Shown: one piece after another, positions 28,719-39,017 of the stretch
Layout of the letters: each line of letters opens with the position of its first letter
Numbering within the stretch: position 1 is the first letter of the stretch
Virus record (IMG/VR): IMGVR_UViG_3300021963_000021
Location: 248,001-312,000 of that record
Length of the DNA stretch: 64,000 nt
Reading direction: 5' to 3' (one strand)
The notes under the pieces: model-generated
Seen by the model: only the letters and a program-made list of their open reading frames with translations
Databases searched by the model: none
What the model was told of the DNA's origin: nothing
Program-made: the position numbers and the translations under genes

Positions 28719-29432
28719 ATGGATAAAATTATAGCAACGTTAGTGATGACGCACATCACGATAATCGCAGTTACCTTATATCTACATAGAAGTCAGGCAC
28801 ACAGAAGTGTAGAGTTTCACCCTGCGGTTAATCACTTTTTTAGATTCTGGTTATGGCTAACAACAGGCATGACTACTAAGGCTTGGGTAGCAGTACACCG
28901 CAAACATCATCAAAGCACAGATGTAGAAGGTGATCCACATAGCCCACATATCTTTGGTATATGGCGACTATTAACAGGCGGCTGGAGTCTGTACCACGAA
29001 GCTACCAAAGATCCTAGATTCGTTTTAAAATACGGAGTAGGAACTCCTAAAGATAAGATAGAAACATTCTACACTAGATATCATCGCCACGGCATTCTCT
29101 TAATGTTAGTCATAGACTTGTTATTATTTGGGCCGTGGGGTTTTCTAGTGTGGGGTGTACAGATGATATGGATACCATTTTGGGCTGCTGGCTTTATCAA
29201 CGGTATAGGACATTGGTGGGGATATCGCAATGGACACACTGATGACCACAGTCGCAATGTAAGTCCTTGGGGCATATTGATTGGTGGGGAAGAATTACAC
29301 AACAACCATCATTTAAATCCAGCAAGTCCTAAACTAAGTCGTCGATGGTTTGAATTTGATGCTGGTTGGTTTTGGATTAAGGTTTTAAGTTTTGTAGGGC
29401 TTGCAAAGGTTAGAAATCTTAACACCGTTTAA
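28719..29432 (+). CDS. Acyl-CoA (delta-9-type) fatty acid desaturase
   Basis: His boxes HRSQAH, HRKHH, HNNHH; TAAATA at 28709-28714. Confidence 0.93.
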   Translation: MDKIIATLVMTHITIIAVTLYLHRSQAHRSVEFHPAVNHFFRFWLWLTTGMTTKAWVAVHRKHHQSTDVEGDPHSPHIFGIWRLLTGGWSLYHEATKDPRFVLKYGVGTPKDKIETFYTRYHRHGILLMLVIDLLLFGPWGFLVWGVQMIWIPFWAAGFINGIGHWWGYRNGHTDDHSRNVSPWGILIGGEELHNNHHLNPASPKLSRRWFEFDAGWFWIKVLSFVGLAKVRNLNTV

Positions 29433-29561
29433 ACTAAAAGTCTTTAGGTAAGTTTCCATGTCGCTGTTATATGCGATCATCTTGGCTGGTGCCATAAATT
29501 TAAATTGTAGCATCAGCCAAACCGAATAATCAATCCACCAATCTATTGGAGTGTACATCAT
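29385..29561 (-). CDS. Small hypothetical protein
   Basis: MMYTPIDWW start overlaps the cyclase stop (ATGA). Confidence 0.45.
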   Translation of the reverse strand: MMYTPIDWWIDYSVWLMLQFKFMAPAKMIAYNSDMETYLKTFSLNGVKISNLCKPYKT

Positions 29562-31609
29562 TTTTCGTGAGCGATAAATTCGCCCTGCCAGTTTGGACCT
29601 AGATCTTGTTGCTTCATAAACTCGCAACGTTCGATCCAGATCTTGTAATACTTGTCCATTTGTCCACCGAATGTACCTTTTAACTTAGAACACATGTCGG
29701 CTGCTTCGTCGAACTTCTTAGCTTTATATAACGCTTGCATTTCGTTGTACTTTGCTAAATCTTTACTCCAGTCTGCTCCGTTAGGACGTAGTGCTGTATA
29801 GATTAAGTCTGCCACTGACTTGCCCTTAGGTTGTAAGTTATCAATCATCAAATAGAAGAAATCATCTTTAGTTCTGTTGTAAGTTTCGGCACCGATAATA
29901 CATAGCACACCATAAGCCTTACAACGTGCTTCTAGTCGAGCGGCTGTTGAAACCATGTCACCTAGAATGTCATAGCTATGTCTGTCAGTTGATCCCATCT
30001 CACCAATAAAGCCAATACCTGTATTACAGCCCCAACCCATTGCGGCTGGTGGTAAGCCTTGTGCTTCCATTTCTTTTGTATAAGCATCAACAGCGTCTAA
30101 CATCTGTAAGCCAACAGCAACAATAGTTCTAGCATGATTAGGATCTTCGATAGGAGCACCATGTATGTGCATTGACGCATCGCCTACATACTTGATAACC
30201 ATACCTTTGTTGTCCATAATAGGACGACTGATAGCATCCATGTAGCCGTTCATATACTTGCCTAGTCCAGCAACGTCATCACCGTAGTGTTCACCAATTG
30301 GAGTAAAGCCACGTAGGTCACTGAACATGACTGATACGTCTTTACGCACACCACGTTTGATTAGGTCTGGATCTTTTTGTAGCATCTCTACTACTTCTTT
30401 AGAGCAATAACCAGCAAACTGTTTCTTGATAGCTTGCTTCTGTAAGAACTCGCTTACAAACTTAACGCCATAACAATGAAGAGCAACGAGCCCAAGGCCA
30501 ATCGAGATCGCAGTCGCGTCTCCCAAGACAAGCCAATTACTGAAAGCGTACATAGTACCAGGAATAACGGCACCAATAATAACCACAGTAGCACCAATGC
30601 CAACATAAGTCCACCTCGATAAGAAAATTAATAATAAACCAAATGCTGCCAATGCTAGTATTTCAACACCGTCGGCATAATCCGGACGCTGTATAACCAC
30701 TCCATTAATCATAGTTGTAATAACCGCAGCCTGTAGTTGATGCGGAAATACTGCGCCCACTGCTGTTGGTACTGGATTGCTGATACCTGCGGCAGTAGGA
30801 CCTACTACAACAACGGCACCTTCAAAGTCTTTAGGCAAATTAGTTAAATTGTACGACTTGTTGGTTTGACTCCAATCAATCCATACACGGCCTAGATTGT
30901 CTGTGGTAACAGGACCAAATTTAGGCACACGCATTTTCTCAACGCCGCCTTCGAATAGTTTTACTTGGAACGTAGTGTCACCTGCGGCTACACGTAGGGT
31001 TTCCATAGCTAGGCTAGGATATAATTTTTCATCAACAGCAACGATCAGCGGCATACGACGATTAACACCATCTACTTCTGGTAGTGTGTTTACAATTCCA
31101 ACACCAGCTGCGGCACTTTCTAATTGTGGTACGTTAGCAATAAGTCCCGGATATGCGACGATTTGATCTAACCATTCTGGACCTAATACAGCACTACCCG
31201 GAACACGGGGTGTATTTTTTGTTTTATCGCTGGGGATACTAGGAAGTATTACTGGATAATTTTTAAGAGCGGCTCCAAGATCCCTATCTCCACCAGTGCG
31301 ATCGCGATCAGCCATGAGCACATTGAGAACAACAAGGCCAGCGTTACGATGATACAGGTCTTCAATAATTTCAGCATAGTTAACCCTCGGTAGTGGCCAT
31401 TGACCATATTTGTCTAATGCTGCTTCGTCTATGTTTACTGTAACAATATTATTTGGAGCAGCAACTTCTTTTGGTTGTGTGATTAGTGTATCGAAGTAAC
31501 GTAGTCTTACGCTTTCGACAAATGTGGGGTCTGCTACACGTATGCCCACTACTAAGGCTAGCGTTAGTAGAGCAGTCCAAGGGCTTAAAAGGATTTTTTT
31601 TAGCATCAC
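29558..31609 (-). CDS. CHASE2-domain class III adenylate/guanylate cyclase
   Basis: CHASE2 (IDEAAL..YGQWPLPR), 3 TM helices, FSDLRGFT, KYVGDA, GDMVSTAARLE. Confidence 0.95.
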   Translation of the reverse strand: MMLKKILLSPWTALLTLALVVGIRVADPTFVESVRLRYFDTLITQPKEVAAPNNIVTVNIDEAALDKYGQWPLPRVNYAEIIEDLYHRNAGLVVLNVLMADRDRTGGDRDLGAALKNYPVILPSIPSDKTKNTPRVPGSAVLGPEWLDQIVAYPGLIANVPQLESAAAGVGIVNTLPEVDGVNRRMPLIVAVDEKLYPSLAMETLRVAAGDTTFQVKLFEGGVEKMRVPKFGPVTTDNLGRVWIDWSQTNKSYNLTNLPKDFEGAVVVVGPTAAGISNPVPTAVGAVFPHQLQAAVITTMINGVVIQRPDYADGVEILALAAFGLLLIFLSRWTYVGIGATVVIIGAVIPGTMYAFSNWLVLGDATAISIGLGLVALHCYGVKFVSEFLQKQAIKKQFAGYCSKEVVEMLQKDPDLIKRGVRKDVSVMFSDLRGFTPIGEHYGDDVAGLGKYMNGYMDAISRPIMDNKGMVIKYVGDASMHIHGAPIEDPNHARTIVAVGLQMLDAVDAYTKEMEAQGLPPAAMGWGCNTGIGFIGEMGSTDRHSYDILGDMVSTAARLEARCKAYGVLCIIGAETYNRTKDDFFYLMIDNLQPKGKSVADLIYTALRPNGADWSKDLAKYNEMQALYKAKKFDEAADMCSKLKGTFGGQMDKYYKIWIERCEFMKQQDLGPNWQGEFIAHEK

Positions 31610-31631
31610 ATATTTATTGATAAATTACTGT

Positions 31632-32438
31632 ATGATTCTAAGAATAGTTGGTGACAGTTTTGCGTCCACAGAAATGGGCGGCTACGGCAAAGATCGTACT
31701 TGGTTCTCGCAGCTAGGCGAAATGCTAGGTGCGGAAGTTATGAATAACAGCATGATTGGTGCTCCGCAGGATTTCTCCTGGTATAGTCTACATGACTGGG
31801 CACCGTTCGTTTCGCCAGATGATTATCTTGTTATTATACTAACACACCCTGCGAGATTTTGGTTTGTGGAAGATGATCCTACTATGGGCAAGGCAGATCA
31901 TCTTAGAGAGTTTGCTTTTAAGTACGGACAGGGAGTAGCCGATGCCGCAGGACTTTATGTTACCTATCTACAAAGACCTAAACTAGATACAGTATTCCTA
32001 GAAAATCGCTTAGGTTGGTTGGCCTATAATGCTCACTATCGAGGTTGGCGCAGACCTTTAGTGATCAAAGCATTCCCACAGACTATGCCTATGGCCGAAG
32101 AATACCCTATATTAAATCTATCCAAAGGTGACCTTACAGAAGTATCGAGTAGGGAAATCATTGGTAGAGATTTTAATAAATGGTGTAAAGGCTACGACAT
32201 TAGATTCAATCACTTGTGTATGAGGAATCATACAGTATTAACAGACAAAATCTATCACAGTCTAACCACAGACACGCAGTTAGATCTAACCACCGGTTTC
32301 CATGAAGATTTTTTAGATGAGACTGTTTTTAAAAATGAAAAATTCTTAGAAGCAGAATGTTCATTAGAAGCGGTTGATCGTAGAAAGAGGGAGATGAAAG
32401 CCACCTCCCTCGGTCTGTTTAACTTCCTAAAAAATTAA
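31632..32438 (+). CDS. SGNH/GDSL-like hypothetical protein
   Basis: N-terminal IVGDSF and late NH; start reassigned to ATG 31632. Confidence 0.5.
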   Translation: MILRIVGDSFASTEMGGYGKDRTWFSQLGEMLGAEVMNNSMIGAPQDFSWYSLHDWAPFVSPDDYLVIILTHPARFWFVEDDPTMGKADHLREFAFKYGQGVADAAGLYVTYLQRPKLDTVFLENRLGWLAYNAHYRGWRRPLVIKAFPQTMPMAEEYPILNLSKGDLTEVSSREIIGRDFNKWCKGYDIRFNHLCMRNHTVLTDKIYHSLTTDTQLDLTTGFHEDFLDETVFKNEKFLEAECSLEAVDRRKREMKATSLGLFNFLKN

Positions 32439-34486
32439 AATCTAATAATACCGCGTAGGCTTATAGTATTATTATTGATATTGTTGCCTTGCTGTGTTGC
32501 CGCTGTTAAAGCAATAGAACCTTTCTTTGTTGGAGCATAAGCAATAGTAGCAGCACCTGTTGTTACAGAGTCTGTTGTTGTGCCAATATCACCAATTAAG
32601 CGGAAATCGTTAATTGCTTTTTCGTAACGTACACCGGCTTCACCGTATGTGTAGTTGTCTGTAGTTTTAGCTACAGTTCTAGCACTTTGGATGTCACCAG
32701 CTTCTGTGTAACCACCTATTGTCGAACGACCAACAGTAACACCAGCGTAAGGACGGAATCCTTTTGTATCTGGAGCATACACTCTGTTGTTCAACCACAC
32801 ATTGTCACCCTTAGCAGAATGACTGTTGTTAAACACATTTTCTACAGTACGATTGCCTTTGATGTTATTGTCAGCATAACCTAAGTTGTTGACAATAGTT
32901 GCGCCATTTTCTAAGTTGTAAACTGAAAACAATCCAACGTGATTTTTGTCTTGTGCTGTTTTAGAATCTGTGCCATCCATTGTTGTGTTAACACGATTGT
33001 ATTGAGCACCTAGTCTCCAGTTCGGCTTGATTTCTTTTTCAACGCCTAGACCATATATTTGACTATTCGCGTTGTAGCCGTTGTTAATGTTTGCCTTAGC
33101 GCCACTGGCATTTACATACATTGTTATTTTCTTTTCTTCGTCAGTATAACCATCTGTACGGAAAGCATCCATGTTCAATCCACGATCTAACTGTTTGTTT
33201 AGATTGTTCAAGTATGCCATTTGATCAACACGACCACTGAAACTATCGTTAGCAACACTAGTATTAACACTGTTAGACAATGTTGTGTTAGATGTTGTAG
33301 CACTATCAGAGGTTGTTGTAGTACCATCACTCCATGTAGTTGTTGTTCTTACTTTAGTTACTACAGTACGCTCCATTGGAGTAGTTACATTTGTTGTTGT
33401 TTCGCGAGCAATAGTCTGCTTGCCACCAGCTTCGCTGGCATCGTGATGCGCTAGGCTAGCTGTGATCACAGGCAATGTTGTGCTGACTGCTGTTGTATCG
33501 CTGACTGTAATAATTGCTGTTGATGTTCCTGTTACTGTTGGGGTAGCAGGTGTTGTTGGTGCTGACGCTGCTGATGTAGCACTACCAACGTCAACTAATG
33601 TACCGCCACCAGGAGCCGCACCAGGAGTACCGCCACCAGCACCACCGTCAATAGCATAGGTAGCTGCTGCAAAAGCACTTGGTCCAAATATGTAAGCATA
33701 GTTCCAAGTAAGTATGTCGCCTACTGATACGTTAGCAGCATAAAAACCAATACCAATAGTGTCATCAGCTCGTTTAACATCAACTGTGCCGCCACTGTAG
33801 TAATTTTTAGGATCGCTGGTCCAACCTTGTATAGCAGTATTGACGTTGCCGGATTGCGATGAATATAATCCTAAAGCATAGCGGCTCACAGTTGCTTCTG
33901 AGAACACTACGTTAGTCTTAGGAATAACACCGTAACCACGAACGTTGTCAGTTGCTGAACTATCGCCAGGTGCTGCTACAGCATCTGGATCAATGTAACG
34001 ACCAAAATATAAATGTGGCATTGCTGTTTTAGCATCTAGTCGTGTAGTAATGTCTAGATATTTCTGTGCTGAAGGTAAACTGTATGTATGACGTATATCA
34101 AATTCTGTAGCACTACCAGCCCATACTGCTGAGCTTGCTGTAGGTGTTCCTACCCAAGCACCTGATACAGCAGTATTGCCATCCATTTGAAATCCGGCAT
34201 TATTATTACCGTACAGTTTGAGTTTTGTTCCTGTTGAATCATCAATTCGCACAGCCCAACCCTCATAAGGTGAACCTGGCGTTAGATAATCGTAGCTAGG
34301 GTTAAATGTTCCAGTTCCTGTATTGTCATACTGTAGTCCTGGTTTAGTGTTTCCACCACTTCCAAGTGTACCTGTCGTTTCGTTTACACCTGCTTTGATG
34401 TATTCATTCTGTAGTATTGAATTGCCGGCCAAAGCAGACGTTGATATAATTGTGGCCAAGAGACCACTTATAATAGTTTTTTTCAT
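32435..34486 (-). CDS. Autotransporter-like outer-membrane beta-barrel protein
   Basis: Signal peptide, Thr-rich linker, C-terminal amphipathic strands ending in Phe. Confidence 0.7.
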   Translation of the reverse strand: MKKTIISGLLATIISTSALAGNSILQNEYIKAGVNETTGTLGSGGNTKPGLQYDNTGTGTFNPSYDYLTPGSPYEGWAVRIDDSTGTKLKLYGNNNAGFQMDGNTAVSGAWVGTPTASSAVWAGSATEFDIRHTYSLPSAQKYLDITTRLDAKTAMPHLYFGRYIDPDAVAAPGDSSATDNVRGYGVIPKTNVVFSEATVSRYALGLYSSQSGNVNTAIQGWTSDPKNYYSGGTVDVKRADDTIGIGFYAANVSVGDILTWNYAYIFGPSAFAAATYAIDGGAGGGTPGAAPGGGTLVDVGSATSAASAPTTPATPTVTGTSTAIITVSDTTAVSTTLPVITASLAHHDASEAGGKQTIARETTTNVTTPMERTVVTKVRTTTTWSDGTTTTSDSATTSNTTLSNSVNTSVANDSFSGRVDQMAYLNNLNKQLDRGLNMDAFRTDGYTDEEKKITMYVNASGAKANINNGYNANSQIYGLGVEKEIKPNWRLGAQYNRVNTTMDGTDSKTAQDKNHVGLFSVYNLENGATIVNNLGYADNNIKGNRTVENVFNNSHSAKGDNVWLNNRVYAPDTKGFRPYAGVTVGRSTIGGYTEAGDIQSARTVAKTTDNYTYGEAGVRYEKAINDFRLIGDIGTTTDSVTTGAATIAYAPTKKGSIALTAATQQGNNINNNTISLRGIIRF

Positions 34487-34545
34487 ACCGATTTCGCTCC
34501 CGGTTAGTATAGTTATTTAAAGGGAAGGCAGAAAAAATTAAACTA

Positions 34546-35643
34546 TCACTTTTGAGTTATGCTGATGGTACTGGTAGCACCTTTATTAACCTGTTGAACA
34601 ACCTGTTGGCCGTCTTGGTTAATACTCAAGGTAGTATTTTGAGTAGTGGGTAGTGTAACTGTGGCATTATGATTTGTTACACGATATAATGTTATCTTAC
34701 TTTGGTCTTCGTTAAAGTAATAGAGTAAACCACTGGAGGCATTGTAGTTAGGTAGCAAGGCAACATCTATTTCATTGCTTAATAGTGTTTTGTTTTGTGC
34801 GTCAAGTTCATTCCAACTATAAAATGCCAATAGGTCAGCATTAAGGTCATTTCTATCTAATGCTCTGTTGTCGTCAAGTTTATTTTCATCTAGTTTGGTG
34901 AACTTTAATAGATCAACATCTAGTTTATCAAAATCTAATAGACCTCTTTCTTTCAATGCTTTTCTATGTTCGTTACCGTCGTCTTGTATTTCTGGTGGCT
35001 TGCTGATAATCAGCATATTGTTTATGTTAGCTTGATCTAGTTTTACTACCACAGGCTGGCTAGGAGTCTGATAAGCAGACACAACCATAGTTGCCTGATA
35101 GGGTACATCTAATATCACGACTCCGCCTTCGTTGCGTACTTCAATGGCACCTGTCACACAGCCTTTGCTGTCGCAGCTAGGTAACAGCACTATTAGACTG
35201 CGACCCATTTCGTCTACGGTCATAGAGAAGTCTGTACCACGAACACCTACACTGGCTGTGGGAGTGTTGATTGCTACCTGTTGTGGATTGTTTTTAGCTA
35301 TCTGTCCACTGGCATACCGAGCTGTGCCTAGTGTTAATTTCATAGCCAGTTTACCTGATCCTTTGTTAGGATCGTAGACGAAATCATCTATGACTATCTT
35401 ACTGTGTTCGTTTATTTTCACAGTGGTTTTATCGTCAAAGGTCAGCTGTGCTGTAGCCTTGGCAGTTGAAATTGCGTCATTCATTTCAACTGCCGTGTTT
35501 AGGCTAGATGCTATAGATTTTTTAGACCTTAATATTTCCGTTGGGCCAGTTTGTTCAGTTACTTTACCTACACCCGCCCAGAGATTAGTCTGACTGAGTG
35601 ACAGAAATATTAACGCCAGCGCCTGAGCTAGTGATATTCGCAT
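34546..35643 (-). CDS. FecR-domain protein
   Basis: Signal peptide; LTFDDKTTVKINEHS; TPTASVGVRGTDF; C-terminal curlin-like INQ/ITQ strands. Confidence 0.88.
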   Translation of the reverse strand: MRISLAQALALIFLSLSQTNLWAGVGKVTEQTGPTEILRSKKSIASSLNTAVEMNDAISTAKATAQLTFDDKTTVKINEHSKIVIDDFVYDPNKGSGKLAMKLTLGTARYASGQIAKNNPQQVAINTPTASVGVRGTDFSMTVDEMGRSLIVLLPSCDSKGCVTGAIEVRNEGGVVILDVPYQATMVVSAYQTPSQPVVVKLDQANINNMLIISKPPEIQDDGNEHRKALKERGLLDFDKLDVDLLKFTKLDENKLDDNRALDRNDLNADLLAFYSWNELDAQNKTLLSNEIDVALLPNYNASSGLLYYFNEDQSKITLYRVTNHNATVTLPTTQNTTLSINQDGQQVVQQVNKGATSTISITQK

Positions 35644-36247
35644 TCTTCGCAGTCGCTCCCGATTGTGTTAGGACTATTTGATTAGGTGATGAAACAGTCG
35701 ATGTGCTAGTAATAGCAATTTCACCTCTGTGAGCTCCTGCTCCTGTTTGTGTATGCGAAACGGTGTTGTAGTTTCCAACGATATCTATTTTGCTGAAATA
35801 GGCACCAGACCCTGTTAGAGTCTGTGTTACCGCGTTATTATCACCTAATATGTCTTGTCTAATTACGGACGCATTACATGAAGCATTTAGAGCAGTACCG
35901 CACTCTACAGTTGACACGTTGTCACTGCCTAACTGATTGATAGTTAGGGCTGTACCTGTGCCTACACCGCCTAGATTAGGATTGTTCAATGATAGTGATA
36001 TCAAGTTACCGACACCAACTTGTTGTATATTAACGGTATTGCCACCACCACCGATATATGCGTTGTCGCCTGTGTTTAACCCTTCTATCTTATTACTGGC
36101 ACCATCCTGAAGGATAGTCACAGCCGTATCGTCACCGACTTGCTCGATATAAAGGTCATTGGCTAACGATACTCCTGAGAATAGTAATGTTGCCATCAAG
36201 GCAATTGTGCTAGGTTTGCCTATTATACCCGTCATTCTTTTTTTCAT
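35585..36247 (-). CDS. Curlin-repeat (CsgA/CsgB-like) protein
   Basis: Signal peptide and repeated I-x-Q-x-G-x-x-N units. Confidence 0.8.
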   Translation of the reverse strand: MKKRMTGIIGKPSTIALMATLLFSGVSLANDLYIEQVGDDTAVTILQDGASNKIEGLNTGDNAYIGGGGNTVNIQQVGVGNLISLSLNNPNLGGVGTGTALTINQLGSDNVSTVECGTALNASCNASVIRQDILGDNNAVTQTLTGSGAYFSKIDIVGNYNTVSHTQTGAGAHRGEIAITSTSTVSSPNQIVLTQSGATAKNANITSSGAGVNISVTQSD

Positions 36248-36278
36248 TTCGCTCCACCTTGATCATCTGCTGATCTTG

Positions 36279-37406
36279 TTATTTTTTCACTTCTAGTTGT
36301 ATGCTTTCTCTCTTAACATATCCTTTCTTGCCGTCCTCGGCAATGATCTTAATCCACTCCCCTTGCTCTTCTTCTACTTGTATTGCTGTGTTCTTTGTAA
36401 ACAACCAAACTCGGGTCGAGGTTTCGTTAGGTTCTCTCCTAACATAATGCGTGTCCTTCATTACTGCTTTTTTACCTACTAGTGTGTCTGTGTTCTTTTT
36501 TTCTGCGGCAGGAGTCTCTCCCTGCTTATCTAACGTTGGGAATCGAACCCAATCATCTTTTTTATCTTCTGTCTTCAAAGGAAATTCCTGGCTTGCGGAA
36601 CTTTCGGAAACTGCGGGGTGTTGACGCATAGGAGTTTTAAAACGCCAAATTCCTTTTTTCTCACCTTCGATAATCATATCAAATACTGCCTGTTCAATTG
36701 CTACACGAACAGCATAAGTTGTTGGTTCATTTAACGCAGCACCATTTTCCAATTCAACTGCTTTAGTACCTGCGTCCACAAATCGTAGTACACCTACGTT
36801 ATGCTGTGTACTGTAAATTGTTTTGCTCACTGAAGTAGTCAATAGCACTTCGCCTGAGCTTACGCTTATTAGACGTATAGAAACTACTATCTCATCAACG
36901 CGGTATTGTTGGCTTCCACCTATGCCTAGGAATCTTGCTCCACTACCGCCCGAGCGGATGTTGCTGTCAAATCCTATAATGCCTCCCTCGATCATAGCAC
37001 CTGCTACGGTCATTGGCTTTAAAGGTTTGGCATCCTTGCCTTCATAAACTTCACGTTGATTGCGTATCAGCTGACGTTCTTTGATAAGATTATCTAAGCC
37101 CACACGCTCTACTACACGGAACCAACTAGGAGTATCCTGTAGACTTTTAATTAAAAATACTTCAGCACCCTGTGTTACTGCTTTACTAAAAACAGCTAAC
37201 CTATCGTTGGGTTTCATTTGTCCTGTTTTATCAGTGAACCCGTATACCGCAATGGTCATTGGCGGTCCTTCTAGGGGAGGTATCCTGTTGTATAGATTTT
37301 CTTTTGGCTTAACAGCTATCGGTTCTTCTTTGACCAATTCCATTTGTACACTGGCACACCCAGATAACAAAGTAGCTATCAGCGATAATAAAATTAATTT
37401 TTTCAT
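36279..37406 (-). CDS. csgG: CsgG curli secretion channel with C-terminal SH3-like domain
   Basis: Lipobox LLSGC; AVYGFTDKTGQ; FRVVERVGLDNLIKERQLIR; C-terminal VRREP...GEWIKI...GYV. Confidence 0.9.
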   Translation of the reverse strand: MKKLILLSLIATLLSGCASVQMELVKEEPIAVKPKENLYNRIPPLEGPPMTIAVYGFTDKTGQMKPNDRLAVFSKAVTQGAEVFLIKSLQDTPSWFRVVERVGLDNLIKERQLIRNQREVYEGKDAKPLKPMTVAGAMIEGGIIGFDSNIRSGGSGARFLGIGGSQQYRVDEIVVSIRLISVSSGEVLLTTSVSKTIYSTQHNVGVLRFVDAGTKAVELENGAALNEPTTYAVRVAIEQAVFDMIIEGEKKGIWRFKTPMRQHPAVSESSASQEFPLKTEDKKDDWVRFPTLDKQGETPAAEKKNTDTLVGKKAVMKDTHYVRREPNETSTRVWLFTKNTAIQVEEEQGEWIKIIAEDGKKGYVKRESIQLEVKK

Positions 37407-37852
37407 TAGAACGCAAAGCTCGCTATAGGTACAGTAATTTCTGTACGACTACCATTTGACTCAATGATAGTTAAAGTAACTTCAGTTCCGGTTTTAACCC
37501 AGCTGATGTTTGTTCCCTGGAAATTCATAGTTCCGTTGCTTGCTCCGCCCTCAGCAAATAACTGATCAGCTAACTGTTTAGATAACTGCGCATATATCCT
37601 TGCTTCAACGTTGACCAAGAACTTAGATAAGTTGCTGTTCTTTTTGGCCAATTCAGCTGCGTCAGCAGCGGCTTTGGCGTCATCTTTGATTTTTTGTCTG
37701 CGCTGGGATTCTAGCTGCTCGATAGCCAATACGTGAGAAGAGTACCCGTTACCTGGTATAAACGATGGGCTTTGGAAAGTATGTACTAGTTCAGCAGCAC
37801 TGGCATTAGATAAGCATACTACCGCTAGTAAGATACCGATTTTCTTATACAT
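37406..37852 (-). CDS. csgF: CsgF-like curli assembly protein
   Basis: Signal peptide then ELVHTFQSPSF; RIYAQLS..L..QLF; adjacent to csgG. Confidence 0.8.
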   Translation of the reverse strand: MYKKIGILLAVVCLSNASAAELVHTFQSPSFIPGNGYSSHVLAIEQLESQRRQKIKDDAKAAADAAELAKKNSNLSKFLVNVEARIYAQLSKQLADQLFAEGGASNGTMNFQGTNISWVKTGTEVTLTIIESNGSRTEITVPIASFAF

Positions 37853-37932
37853 TTAGACGCTCCCGGCAATACTATAATTGTATTTAAACCGAAAGCGTCA
37901 AAAGTTAAGTATTGAGTTTAACCTAGATTAAA

Positions 37933-39009
37933 TTAAGGTGTATAGACCTGTACACCCTGTTGTTGGCTTGAATAAAAGCCATATGATATGTCTACTTTTT
38001 CAGCAAACAATTCCGGACTGTCAACATATGTTACTGTCATCTTTTGTGAATTAAACAAGAACATGCCAGCAAATTTAGATTCAGCTTGATAATAGCTATA
38101 AACGAATTGTTTTAGATAGGCTTTGAAATTGGCCCAATTAACTACTCCATTACCGTCGATCGTACTGTGGAATCCTGCCAGTTGGTCTCTAGATATGCTA
38201 GGATACAAACTGGTAATAATATGTGTCATAGCATCTACTATAAGATTGCGAACTTCGGCATGGTTTACACCCATCTGTACGATCTGAGGACCCATTGAGT
38301 ACAAATTAGACTTGGGACCTAACACTACTTTGATTGTTTTAGGATCTAGATCTAACTTGCGTTCTTTGATAAAAACAGCAACTTCTGTCTGAGCTGCTTT
38401 AATTCCGGGCTCTACCTTACCGTAGGCAGCACTGCTACCGTACATTCTTCCTTCGTTGTCCTTGACTTCAAACCCCTTGCCAGCAATAGTAATATCGCCA
38501 GCACCGCCAATAAGAATTTCAGGACTTAGTAATGCTAGGAAAAATTCTCCCTTGCCGCGATTAAGTGTCTTTTCTTTTACTTGAAATTTTCCAGCTATAG
38601 ACATCAGCGTAGGAGCAATGTCTTGATAAAGTGTTGGATAGTTTGTAACAACAAGAGTTTCGATAGACTGTGTTTTACCCGGAGACATCAACAGTCCAAC
38701 ATCAATAATTCCAGTTTCTGATAGCTCTTTGGCAAAACCAATCTTCTCATCGACAGAAGCTGGTGAATTTACAATAGCGTGTGACAGTGTACTCTGTACG
38801 CTGCGCAGATCTGGGTCTCGTTGGAATATAGCATCAAAGCCTTTACCGATATCAATTTTGCTTACATAGCTGAAAATTTGATTCAGTTCTTTGATGTCAA
38901 ATATTCTGGAAATTTTAGACTGTATCTTTGCCTGTACAACTGAAGGATTTGCTCCCTGTGTAGTAGCAGCGTTAGACAGTTTTTCAAATAGGAATTCAAA
39001 TGCTCTCAT
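37933..39009 (-). CDS. Late protein with PD-(D/E)xK-like motif; possible internal head protein
   Basis: TAAATA at 39015-39020; starts MRAFEFLFE; GKGE...GD...EVK. Confidence 0.5.
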   Translation of the reverse strand: MRAFEFLFEKLSNAATTQGANPSVVQAKIQSKISRIFDIKELNQIFSYVSKIDIGKGFDAIFQRDPDLRSVQSTLSHAIVNSPASVDEKIGFAKELSETGIIDVGLLMSPGKTQSIETLVVTNYPTLYQDIAPTLMSIAGKFQVKEKTLNRGKGEFFLALLSPEILIGGAGDITIAGKGFEVKDNEGRMYGSSAAYGKVEPGIKAAQTEVAVFIKERKLDLDPKTIKVVLGPKSNLYSMGPQIVQMGVNHAEVRNLIVDAMTHIITSLYPSISRDQLAGFHSTIDGNGVVNWANFKAYLKQFVYSYYQAESKFAGMFLFNSQKMTVTYVDSPELFAEKVDISYGFYSSQQQGVQVYTP

Positions 39010-39017
39010 GCGTATAT

